Source: Phoronis australis (lineage: Eukaryota > Animalia > Phoronida). Taken from it: 64,000 nucleotides of DNA. Numbering within the stretch: the stretch's first letter is position 1; every line of letters starts with the position of its first letter. Below the pieces are notes generated by a model. That model was given only the letters and a program-made list of their open reading frames with translations. It made no database searches and was not told the origin of the DNA. The translations under genes and the position numbers were made by a program. Of this stretch, positions 1 through 12,600 are shown in pieces. The stretch is from contig NMRA01000069.1 of the NCBI GenBank assembly GCA_002633005.1, positions 425,740-489,739 of the forward strand, in the 5' to 3' direction.

Positions 1-2002
1 TTTGGAACATAATATCTCACAAATGGTTGTTGCAAATCATGTAAAACTTTTAGATGGCATTTCACCACAGAAGCAGGTTTGAAAAGTACGACTTAATTCA
101 CAGTTAATGGTCTCCTTGTATCGTAGTTTGAAAAATTTTGCAAACTTTCTATCAAAAAGTATGTCAGTCAGAGATGAAGTAAAGACTTGTCTGAACCCAG
201 TGTGAACCTGTTGACTATTGTTGAAATGTGGTTGTGGGTCGGAGGCCTGGTATATCACAATAAAGTGTATTCTTCTAGTTCTTCCATCATAATAGTTGTC
301 GTGTAACTTTCTGGTAAGGGTTGACAGAAAAACTTTTACAATTCAAGAATATTGACCGCGACAGTCAAGGTCTTTTTTGATTGTGTGGGTAGGTTCGACT
401 GGAATTTGTGCTTTGCTCCTCTGCAAATTAGTTAGATTAGTAATACTTTTAACACAATGTGAAGAACCATGTTAACGTGGAAACTGTTTCTATGGTAATG
501 TAGATTCAGCATAATTTGAGCTGTTTCAAGCTGATACCTGGAAATCTTGTGGTAGTTCTTGGACTGGAAAAGCTTTCTTGCCAGAATGTTTATCTCCTGG
601 GAAGCCAATATTGCATAATGTTGGCACAAGTCAACACTTCAATGATGTCAGAAAAGCCATAAGTCTCCAGGCTGTGATTACTAGGAGGTGGGGTTTCTTA
701 GGTAACTGGTGGCTAATTTTAAATTGGAAATTGTTGCCATTTGGAAGTCTAGAACTCCAGTAATGCCTTTGGCTGTACCAGATATGCCTCCTAGGTTAGC
801 TGAACTACACGTTACTCACCAGAAGCATGTTGGTTTTTTGATAGAGCTGGGTGTGAGGACCCGGTCGTGTGTCCATATTTTTGCCTCTGGCAAGTGCTGT
901 TGGGCTTCTTAGGTCAAAAGATCATTGGAGTGTTAAGAAAGATAAGAAAACAATGACGTTGGGTGGAGCGATGCTCAGCTGCGATAGTGGCCTCCCAGTT
1001 TCTATCTACAATATTTTGTACGAAAGCTGTCGGCCAGTTGTCGTGAAACACGGTCTTGAAATCCTTTAAGAAAATAGAGGAAAGTTCGCATGTAGTAATC
1101 TTGATTTTCTCAGTTTTTATTAAGACTCTTGAGCCTCATGCTAGGTCAATATATTTGCTTTACAACTCCCTGGTCCTTTTAAACTAATGCTCTGTAATTT
1201 GGGACAAAAGCATTGGCTAACACTGCCATGTTTACATTGTCAAAAGTTTCCAGCTCTGTTTGTGATATCTAAATGACAGAAATCATCTTGACAATGAAGT
1301 AACACTTTCTTGACAATTATTTTTGTTGAGAAAAGATAACAAATTTCCCTTTGGTACAAAGTCATGCATTAATAATCTTTATGCCATATAGTTAATGTTA
1401 TTTTTGTATAGTCATAGCTAATACAAGTAGTACCGTAAGTGTCAGGGATTGCTTACCTCTTTAAAATCAGATTTCCTACTTGTATTTCAACACATACACA
1501 CAGAGTTCTGGTGAACCTCAAACCATCATGGGAGTTGGTGTTGGTGTTTTTTTCCTCATTTGGCTCCGTAGTACAACCAGCTTGTGTGTACTGATCTAGG
1601 ACTGGACATGTATGATGCAGTAATGTAGCTCTTATGAAAGGCCCTCTACAATTTAGGACACCATATGGCCGGCAAGTGAACTTTTATTTCATCACCATAT
1701 TAGATGCTGTTCCACTTTCAAGTTTTGTTACTACTACCATCAAACAGTTTAAAAAGTTTGTGAATCGCAGTTACGGATACGTTTAAAGTCCCCGAAATAT
1801 TGCAAATTTTGGCAATAATTTTTGTTCAAAACTAGTGACATTCTACTGTAGTTAATCCTGTCATTATTATTATTATAGCTCACTGTAGGTTATAGCATCT
1901 GGAGCCTGAAAGGGCTTTCCATAGAGGGCATCAATCCCTCTGGGATGGAAATTTAACGGTCTGGGATAAGGGAGAAGGTGTTAATTTTATTTAGGTGGAA
2001 TA

Positions 2003-2246
2003 ATACAATGCCCTATACATCCATGTACCTCATACAATGCCGTATACATACATGTACCTCATACAATGCTGTATACATACATGTACCTCATACAATGCCG
2101 TATACATACATATACCTCATACAATGCCGTATACATACATGTAGCTCATACAATGCCGTATACATACATGTAGCTCATACAATGCCGTATAAATACATGT
2201 ACCTCGTACAATGCCGTATACATACATGTAGCTCATACAGTGCCAT
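2003..2246. repeat. 29-bp minisatellite, about 8.4 copies
   Basis: Unit ATACAATGCCGTATACATACATGTACCTC repeated head to tail with few variants. Confidence 0.95.
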
Positions 2247-3239
2247 AGTCGCTCATATACTGTAAACGTACATGTGCATCAAACACACAAATATACCACA
2301 TAATTTCACCAGTAAATACTCGAAAACTAGTAATTAGTCTCCCGTTTCAAAACACATATAGTTAAGGAAAAGTTGGATGGTGTGATTTTGATCAAGTGAT
2401 AAACCATTATATAGGCAACTTCACTAAGCAATAAGTGATTGACATTGTCAGGTAGATCTTGTAATGATCCAGTCTTTTGTCAATCTCGTAGTTTTCTTAT
2501 TAATTACCGTGTGCATCAAAACGTTTTCTTGTTCATGGTAGCAGTCACTTATTAACAGGCTCTGCAAAATTTCACATGTGTAATAGAAACTTAACTTTTG
2601 CGAAATCGTTATTTGAAATGTTCATTTTTTCAGAATTCAGGAAACTTTCATCTTGCGGTTTTGCTGATACTCCAGCACAACCACCCTGTCTGTCACAGGC
2701 AATTTATTCTTCTGTTTTCAAACCAGACAAGCCACTTTGTGTTTTGGATAACATCCACTCAGCTAGGCAATTGTACATGAACTTAATGTCTGCTTTTGGT
2801 CCTGTTGAGGTTTCTCTTAAAACAAACTGGTTTCAAGAGGTGTTGCTAGTGGTTTACATGACAACAATCCAAACCCTCAAAGGGTGTTGACCTTTCTCAC
2901 AATGTAAACAAGCACCCAGATCTGTGAAACTAACCGTTTATTTATAAACTATCAACTTGGTTTCATGTGTTTTTGTCTTGTTTGAAAAAAAACTGTCAAC
3001 AAAAATTGATCTCTACTCTGTATCACTCTCAGCAAGATGGAAAACAAACAGTTTGTCAAGATGTCTGCCACGTGCCAACAGAATTATGAGTGACCCCTTT
3101 AAATATGGATTATTACATGATGATGATGTTGGTTTTATTTGTTCATAATGCTTCCAAATCTCATGAGGAGATCTAGATACTGGGGCTTGTAATAATCCCC
3201 ATATTGAGCAATCAACTCTACAAAACTGGCAAACGAAAT

Positions 3240-3395
3240 GAAAACAAATCCAAGAGGGTCAAGGGGGTTTGTACCCCTCTGTTTCCCTTGATTTTAGTGA
3301 TATCAAATCTAGAATTTTAAAATTGTTGACTTGGGCCCCTCTTTTTAAAAAGTCCTTGATCCATCTCTTCTTTTGAAAAATTCTGGATCCGCCCC
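3240..3395. mobile_element. Degenerate MITE remnant with CAGGGGCGGATCCAG-type end (hAT-like)
   Basis: ctggatccgcccctg ending near 3395; the left end is decayed. Confidence 0.35.
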
Positions 3396-6300
3396 TGTGT
3401 TCTGTTGTGCTTGACGTCTGTCATCCCTATGAAGCACAGTGGATCAAACCACATATGTGAACGTTTTCTACCACAGCATGTTCCATCATGTTCGCCTGCC
3501 ATATCACACAAAAATAATTGCTTTCGGTTATCACTCCATAGTTATGTTTGATTCAGGCATGTGTCCAGGTATTATTTGTATTGAGAGGTTTTTAAGATGA
3601 AGTGAGTAAAACCCTAATCCTAATTGTCAGTAATTTTCATTTCAAAGTACATCATGAGTTAGGACCCTTTCCCCCACTAACTTCAATCCGGTCGATGCAA
3701 ACTACGCAGTCGACGTGACCGTTCCCATTAGCTTCTGTAGTTAGCAGACTGGAGTTATCACTAGATGATGCTATAGTCATTGAATTCGCTGTTCCATCCA
3801 CCCTGGTACTGCGAAGTAAATTTGAGGTGTTAACTTCGAATCAAAATCAAATTTAAGGTTTCCCACTGACTTACACTCCCACAAATATTGCAGTTCTGAC
3901 CTTTGTGGGAAACGGGCGTTAATCACTTTGTACTTGAGGTTAGAAGTTATTTTTGTTCTCATGGCGGAAATTGAAAGTGTGAATGAATTAAAAGTAAATT
4001 TGTTTCACCTTGCACGACTGAAATATTGTATTTGATGTGTGGCAAATGAATTTTTTATTGTAAATACAGCATATTTGCGGAAACAGAAGGGACCTGCTCA
4101 ACTATGAAAAGTAGGAAAAATCATGACAAAACTAAATTGACTTGCCACCACATGTCACTTTGTGCACTAAAGATGGTCTCAAACAATCGAGACTGGTCAG
4201 TTCTTTCTTTGCAAGACCAAATATCATTTCACATCTGAAAATAAAGAACAAGTTGAAATCAATTTTATAGCGCAAGTATGCGTCTTTTAAATAAAAAAAT
4301 TGTAATTCTTCCTTGGAATGCAAGTTTATTGTCGATTTGAAATGTCATGAAATTATTCACTGTTCCTAATTATAAGAGAAATTTCATTTCGTCAGATTTT
4401 CCCACAAAAATTAAGGAAATCCTAGTCAATTATTAACTCCAGGCTTGCAGTGTGTTAGCTGTCATAAAACCAATCTTGGCAAAGCTCCAGTATTTGCAAC
4501 GTAGTCTGTCTGTGATAAACTAAAAAACATCAATTTTGGCAAATATTTCTGTGTGAAATAAGTGGTAAATTACTCTAGGAAAGAGTATGTTTTTGACATT
4601 TTTAGTCCTAGAACAAGTTCTTGATTCTTAATCTCTACAGGAATCTTAACCGACACAACTTTAATTTTCTGAGATTTTGTTGGAAAAAAACCACTGCGGT
4701 AGAGATCAGCGGAAGATAAACAAACACGACTGAAATGAATTCTGGTTCTTTGAAAAGCATTAACTCCAGCTGATGGGACTGGACACTTTGAGAAACAAGA
4801 TGCAGACTGGCCACAAGGCAAGCTGGTCTCTGGTGGTGATGCCCCTCCTGTTGTTTTTGGAAGGCACACGCCAACAGGTTGTGGTCTGTTGATTTTAGAT
4901 CACTGTCCTAGGTTCACTGGGCTGAGTTTGACTGCCTTGACACTGCGGTGATCTGGTGCAGACAAATAAGCCGATAATTACCTCGGTATGATCAATCGGT
5001 CAGGTTCCCAGGGGTAGTTGTTAACAGCTCTTTCATTCTCACTTTTCGGGCTGACAACTATTACAGATTTACCCTTACTCTGCGTATCTTTTGGTAAAAA
5101 AAAATGAGATTATCAGCGTTTTTGATGCAGTAGGGGAAAAGTTTCAATTACAGCTTCCATAGAGTCTCTTAATTCCAACAGATGCAATGGGCCTGTCCTG
5201 TAATAACATATTTACCCACAATGCATCACATGTACATTTCAAGGCGGGCATTTTTGTGTGAATCGTTTTGATATCCCCCGGCCTTCACAATACATAGTAG
5301 AAGTTGAGTTGTCAAAAGGGTTACAAAGAACTTAGAAAAGTTCTAAGAAATCCCACTGCATTGAATCGCCATACAAGAGCAGTGTACGCTGTCTACCAAC
5401 TCCAGATGGCGAGACTGTCTCGTCGACGAGTCAGCACACCCAGAACTATATGGAGGTTGATGACATTTTTTGAGTCCACTCAAAATAGTTTGACAAAGGG
5501 TCAATTTACTAGAATGCACAACAGAAGAATGAAGCCTTTAGTTATCAAAAGCAGAAATAATCACTTTATAAGATCGTGTTCATGCTTTTGTCAGAAAATT
5601 TTGTATTTGGAGAATATCTAATGTAAGATAATATTTGCTAGTGTTGGCTTATGAAGTAAATGAGTACTCTGTTGCCACCTGGTGTTTCATTATCTCACTA
5701 ACTGTGTCAGAAAATAGCTACTCAACCAGGTATTGATTACTGATTGCTGTACAGTATAAACAGTGATTATATACTCAAGAGAACTTTTCTTTTTTATTTG
5801 TTTTGTTGAGAAAGTTGATGAAATACGATTTTGTTGTTTTGCCAAGTTACGTTGGTGACTGAAAAAACTCTCATGGATTAAATATCCATTTTAGTTGACC
5901 AGTGTACTCGATTGTGTTTCCATCTAACTCCGACAGTCGTAAGTTCGTTAATGAGATTGACAGCTGTTCAAGTTTTGTCGCCCTACTTGTGACAATTCAT
6001 TTTTTCATTAAAACACTGATTTATGTCTCAGCACGAGGTTATTTCCTTGCCTTCTCAGATGTATTGCTAATCACGTGTCCACTTGAGAGGCGATGTCGAG
6101 CAGTATGAAATATTTTTGGAAGAAAAAGCTGTTTTGTGTGATTTGCAGCTGGAATAAAAGTAATTGGTTTTATCTGCGGTACTGCAGTGTTGAGTACTTG
6201 ACTTAGCAATGTCAATACCTGTTGTATCTGGTCGGATTAATGCCTGGCTCATTTAAATTAAAAAACTAAAAATCGTGAATAGTTATCAAGCTCAGAATGG

Positions 6301-9300
6301 GCCTTTGAAAACAATCTTTTTACGCCGAACGACGGTTTGCGATTGCCAGGTAATTCGAATGTGCGTGAGAAAAGAATCTTCATATCTTCTTCAGTGAAGT
6401 GTAGAACAGTACTTACAAGTATTTTCTCACCCAAGTGTGTAGGCAAACTTTTGGGTTCACTCAAAGGCTACAGCCACGCATATGCGTAATTCTCGAAAGT
6501 AGCCAATAGACTTTGGTCTGTGACATCATAACTTTACTTGAGACTCGACTCAAAATGACCAATCAGTGTAAACTTTGAAAGATTACTTAAGGTACGCCAT
6601 GAGGTTGGTCAAAGCTGGAATGAGTCTCGAGTACACGGTACAGTTCAATAACGCTAGGACCTCGCTAGAAAAGAAAAATTTGGCGAGATTCCACTAGATA
6701 TTGCCATGTAATAGAAATACATTGTATTTCTAATGAAGAGCACATGATTTTGACTGAATTGGTCTCGCAGCAAGATAGCTACTGAACTCTACACATCTTA
6801 GTGGTCAACAACCTTGGTTGGTGACTGTATCAACTTGAGGGTTGTTGCAAACCAAACAGAGGCGTTTGAATGGGAAATTTTTAAATTCTGGAACGTGTTT
6901 AGCCAAACGTGGGTGTTGACCTGAAGGAGTACAGTATACCTACTGTTTGTTAATGGCTTGATGCTTTTTTCATTCAAAGAGATCGCCCGAGGTTGTCACA
7001 TCCTCTATCTCTGGCAATACTTAGTCACTTCAGATTAGTGTCCAACTCTCCTTGTGTTTAAAATTATGTTGTTACAAGTTAAAAAAGCTATGAATTTTCT
7101 TCAATGGTATTAGTTTGGGCTCTCTACATTGACGTGTGGCCCATTTTTGTAAGGCAGTGCAACGTACACTCGATCAGCTTACCACACGTTAAATGGCCGT
7201 GTGGGCAGAAAGCTGGGGCAGTGGGGATCAATCAAACTATTGCGCTGTTGAGTTTATATGGCTAGGCAGTCAGCTGACTGATATCTCAAATACAGGTAAG
7301 AAAGTGAAGTCTGCCTTTTGTCTCCCAAAACTCTGTTTGCGGCCGGCATTAATACCAAACCCAAGAACGCCCGACTACTGGAAAGACAGATAGTTCGTGC
7401 TACTATGACATTCTTCTGGCATCTACCTGTTTAAATGAGACGCCCTCTAGTGCCATTTACTTGCATCGCACCCCTGCATCTGTATCTCAAACAAACAAAA
7501 GTGCGTCTTAAACTTCTAAACACAACTTGTGCTTGCTTACTGTTAGTATATGTCTGGACACTGGGTTACTGAGTGGTGGTTTGCTTGCACTTATCTGGCA
7601 TGCAGACTATATAATTTCGAATTGGATGGCTCTGGGTTTAAGTAAACTTGTGAGGTGTTTTTAGTTTACATGGAGCCATTTTCTCAGAAGTGGCATTGCT
7701 AGTCCCCCATAAGGTGAATGGGTAGAATCTCATTCATCTCTCCGTCTTCTCAATTAGCTGACTCTTGGACAAATGTCTACGTGTAAACATGACATTTTCT
7801 GACATTTGTGAATGCTGGTGTTCCTTCATGTTAGGCGGCCTATTCTCATAACTTTTCGTGTGACCCCCATGGAGTTGGATTATTTAGAGAAAGATAATGT
7901 TTTTGTTTCCAAGTTTCCACTCTGTTATTTGTGGCTAAGTGTTTTTGATTCTTGACGTTATTCACCTAGAATTTTGTTTGAAGTCGTTTAGAGCTAACTC
8001 GACCGGAGTTTAATCAGCTTCAATTGCATTTACATGGTCTGAACTTTATTGCGCGTGGGTTTCCATTAAACCATAGTTGTAACCAGTTGTCCTGTTGAAG
8101 AAAGACTGCTTCGTGCTCAACCAATCAACTGCCTTTGTTCAGAAATGGGAGGAATAGAGAAAATACAACGATCTGGGATCTATTTGGATAAAGATTGGCA
8201 ACATGAGGTGGTCGTTGTTCTAAAATAACTTTCAATTTTATAACCATGCCTTGCTTTGTAAAAATTAAATAAAGCCATCACTTTCTCGGAAAGTAAAGCC
8301 TGTTGTTTTTGCTTGTGAAAGACTGAATATTTAGCAAACATTTATCCGCCCCAGTGACATTTTCTGTCTCTTGTTTGATCCAGTCACTCTGACCTGGCAC
8401 ACTGGCTCTATTAGATTCTAGTGTACTAATGGACAATTAGCCCCTCATTGACACTCTCTGTTTATTGTTCTTGGACCTCAAGGATTTTAGCTGCTTGTCA
8501 AGAAGTGATGAAGGTCTCAACAGGGTTTCCCTAAATAGATTTTTACTACATTTTATTGGAAGGTGGAGTGCTAGAACTCAATTTGTATGATTCACTGTAT
8601 TTTTATGTTAAAATTTGTGGACTGTTTTTGCTTTTCAGATTTCATTTTAGAACAACCCAGATTCTATCAAGTTAGAAATTTCCAGTGATTGATGTGCATG
8701 TTTCAGGCCTTTTTACCTGTGAGAAGGTTACATTTCAGTGATGTGATTTGTGTTAGGCTCTGTTTGCTTTTGATGATTGCATTTGATTGGGGAGAATATG
8801 AACAGATTCACTCATGGATAGGATGATTTGTGAACACACATTTCTTCTTTGTGACGGATTTATTGGCTTTAGGAGGTTAATCCTCCCCGTAGTGGACTAC
8901 ACTAAGAACATGCCATGTGTCAGTTAAACGCCCTGTGCACTAAATTATTGATTTTCTACTGCTTCTGATCAAGGTTCAACAGCTGTCTCGCGGCTTGAAA
9001 AATCTTTCCAAAATCACATGCTTTCATTTAAAATACACGGCAATACCTCACGTAATCTAGCAGTGTTGTTTTTCTTGTGAGGTCCTAACATTACGGAACT
9101 CTACCCAGTCTAAGATTTGTCTCAACTTCCAAATTTTGAAACTTCCATGTATCCAGCAACTTAGTCAAAATTAACACAAAACTTAAGTATATTCAAACTT
9201 AAGATTTCTTTCTTGAAACGAACTTGAGACAAACTTAACTTTTATATTAAAATTGGCTGAAATTTAAGATTTGTTTTAGTAAAGACAACTTTCTTGGAAT

Positions 9301-9567
9301 GAGCCCCAGTATTCTAGAACTGAGCTGGTTGGTCTTGTTTGTAAATGGTACCAGCCAATAAATCTCACACTTTCTTGGTTCGCTGAAATTTCTTCCATCC
9401 TATTTGGAGCATATAATGGTAGCAGTGAGAAGTTTTAAATAAGCCATTAGTTTTCAACTTGTATTTGTTGATTGTGTAGACAAAGGCCTGTCCGTTAAAT
9501 TTCTTCAATTTTCATGAGCGCTTTCATTGTCATGCTAGTAAATTATAGCCTCGTTCTTCTGTTTCAG

Positions 9568-9663
9568 GTCTTATGGCTTGAGCAACAGGTTGTGAAGCGC
9601 AGAGTGAAGCGAGACTTTGTTAGTAACTACAACGATCCCCGGTGGAGGCAAATGTGGTATTTG
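9568..9663 (+). CDS. FURIN: Furin exon: end of prodomain and autocatalytic cleavage site
   Basis: tttcag|GTC...TTG|gtgagt; [32 protein letters not shown]; phase 0/0. Confidence 0.93.
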
Positions 9664-12600
9664 GTGAGTTTCAGACATTTTATTCACTCATGCAACTCTA
9701 AGCCCTTGCAGGCCTTTATCCAGGATTTCGAAAATAGGGTGTCCAAAATGGTGTTCCCAGTATTCCAGGGCGTCCATGATTCTGACGCGTAACCCCCCAC
9801 CCCCAGACACATATATTTTTTTACAAAAAAATGCATAGACCAAGGCTTTTACATTTAAGTATACAAAACAGCTTTCTGTAGTGAGCATTTTTACTAAAAA
9901 AAACTGTAGACCAAGACTTTACAATGCTATCAACCAAGTGTGAGCATAGCAACATTGTATATACTTTGTATATACATTGTATATTTCTTCCTGCTTTGAA
10001 AAACAGCCCCCACTGTGAGCCTTCAGAGGCTTCGTAGTATTCAACACAATGTGTGAGTCCTAACTTGAAAGGTTCTTATTGACAGTGTGACTCCAAAGGA
10101 TACATTGGGTGTCCTTGCCAGGGCTCCAGATTAGTGCTAGGGCGTCCACCAGGACGTACGCTGCATATAGGCCTGAGCCCATGTTCAGTCAAAAAATTGT
10201 CCTTTAATATACTTTACTCATCAGTATGAAGTTTGTCTTTCTTTGTTTTGTTCCTTGCTGAGATGAGGAGTAGGGTTTGCCTTGCAAAGATATAGAGGCT
10301 TGTTGTTTGTTCAGACCATGCTGATAATATTTATGAGCTTATAGTGCACAAGTATATTGCTTTCTAACACTTTCTAGGCTTAATTCCAGTTATTGTACAT
10401 CATATTTTCCATAATTAACATTTTAAGAAATGAAATAGTGAACTGCCAGTTATTCCCCGGCCCAAAGATTACGTCTAAACTGCGTAAGAAACAAAACAAA
10501 ACCATTTATATCACCGTAAGACCTTTCTGGTAGAAAACACACTTTTAATGTCGCTTCATTTTTTCAAAAATGTTCAAAACTTGTCATTTTATGCATTAAT
10601 GGCTGGCCAAACAGGCTGGATCCAAGATTTATATAGTAGATGCAGTTCAACTTTGTGTGTTAGCTGTGCTTTTGGTTCATAAAAATGACGGTCAAGCAAG
10701 CTGGTTGAACCTGGAAGTTCTAGTGCGAGGATAAAGTCGCGACCATTTCTGTAGCAGGGGAGCGATCTAAATCAGAAGTTGGTTTTGGCAGATGGCCCAT
10801 TTGTCGCTCCTTAACTATCTTGTGTTTACCTCATTCTTTCATTTGAAAGCCATTCACAGAAAGTTGGAATTCCAAGTTTTACACTAGGCTGCTTTTGATT
10901 GAATGGAGTTTGTGCATTGCTTCTCACATTTGCAGTCATAAATCTTGAATTGGAGCTCTCTACCACGAAGTGATGCACATTACTGACAATGGAAGTTTCA
11001 CATTCCAGAGGCGTTTGCGGCTTCTCTACCACTTGGTCTTCCCATTGTGTCACCCTTTTCTTATCCCGGACTTCCCCCGTGGTCTCCTCTCCTCCCCTGA
11101 ATTTTCGCTGCCCCCCTCCCTGTCAACACAATATCCAGATACATTCTTTGCCTACACTGACTGCCAGTGCCGGCTATTGCTTTTTAAGCTCTCCACCTGT
11201 TCACCAAACTACTATCTCCTGTTGGAATGTCTTTCTCAGCCTGACTGACATTCTCTATGGAATGACAGACTGAAAATGTGATGATGTCTTTACCATCAGC
11301 TCTCACATTTTAAGTCTGTACCAATAGTTTTGTGGTCTGATCACAGATTGTCCAATGCGGCTTGTTAATAACCAATAGCTTCAGCTCACGTCTTTTAGTG
11401 TCCAGTCACTGTGAGAATTGGATTTTTCAGATTATTCGTAAGCGTTTGAAATTTGAAGTTCTATTCTCAATCAGATTCAAGTAACATTGTTGTACTGATC
11501 AGGCTGTTCACGAGCGATACGAGACCTGATCAAAACACGGGTGTTCTGTTTCTTAAGCGAACAACAGATGACACTGTCTTAGCCTACCAGGCGATGATTT
11601 GCAGCAACCAGGCGAAGATTTGCATGCGCCTAGCTGACTTTGCCTTGTCTATGGGAATTTTTAGAAATACTACGACGAGATCACAGAATTTTACTGCTTT
11701 AGCAGTGATGTTGGCGAATAGTCATCAACTCGTTGTAACACTAGCGTTTAGCTCTGAATTCCATCCTTGACTGAAGCCTGAACATAGTTAAAAATGTAAA
11801 GATGTAAATGAAAAAATCGAACTGTTGCCCATGGTCAGGGCGATCTGTAGCCTACAGTCAGGGCGAACTGTTATAATAAGGATGCAATTACAATTTTATT
11901 GATGGCTACAATTGAAATGGGGTTTCTGTACTTGAGAACACTGTCACAGGTATATGAACCATTTTCATCCAATATCAACAAATTAGTTAAATTTACATCT
12001 GTAACAATTAAATTCGTACTTATCAACTTCAGTCTTCAGCAATAACTGTCTGTCCTTTCTAAACTTGTTAATTAAGTTTGAGTGAAGAATATGTTTTAAT
12101 TATTCCACATTAAGGGCTTCTGATTTAAAGGTTAGTGTTTTACATGGAAAATCACTAAAGGTTCTCAGGTGGAGGAAGGCTGTGAGGGTTCTAACAGTGA
12201 CAGAAATGAACACACGACCACTGACTGTATTAATAAGAAGAACATGGTGGTGAAAAAACAATAAAGCACCTTATGGCGACCATCTCTCTGTTGTGCTAAT
12301 GAGTAGCAATTGACAAGTATTTGTTCAACAGCAATGGTGTATGCCCCTGGTGCAGTCTTTGTGGGAGGGTGTCTTGCATCAATAAAGTGGGTCAGTTCCA
12401 CTTAACCCAGTCAGACCAGACCTCAACCAGCAGATTTATGAGACGTCTGCACCCCTATGTGCAGCTGATGGTCTAACCAACTATGTCAACATTGGCCACA
12501 CTCACTGAACATTGTTTGTGGATTCCGCTAAAGCATTTGATCACTTTGATCTGTTTAATCTCACTTGGCCACCCTTTTCCTTTGACTGTGTGACAGATCC

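Noticed and set aside
2003-2246. CRISPR-like 29-bp repeat array and the 95-aa repetitive ORF over it
   Set aside because: Units are contiguous with no unique spacers, the context is eukaryotic and there are no cas genes. The ORF is a by-product of the minisatellite.
1-9567. Furin signal-peptide/prodomain exons or a nested gene among the short ORFs here (e.g. 5304-5621)
   Set aside because: No prodomain-like peptide with matching splice sites was found. The ORFs look random and the region is probably intron.
10950-11300. Pyrimidine-rich segment with overlapping ORFs, a possible retroelement tail
   Set aside because: Only a vague resemblance ([12 protein letters not shown]) to PLE endonuclease ends; not supportable without a homology search.
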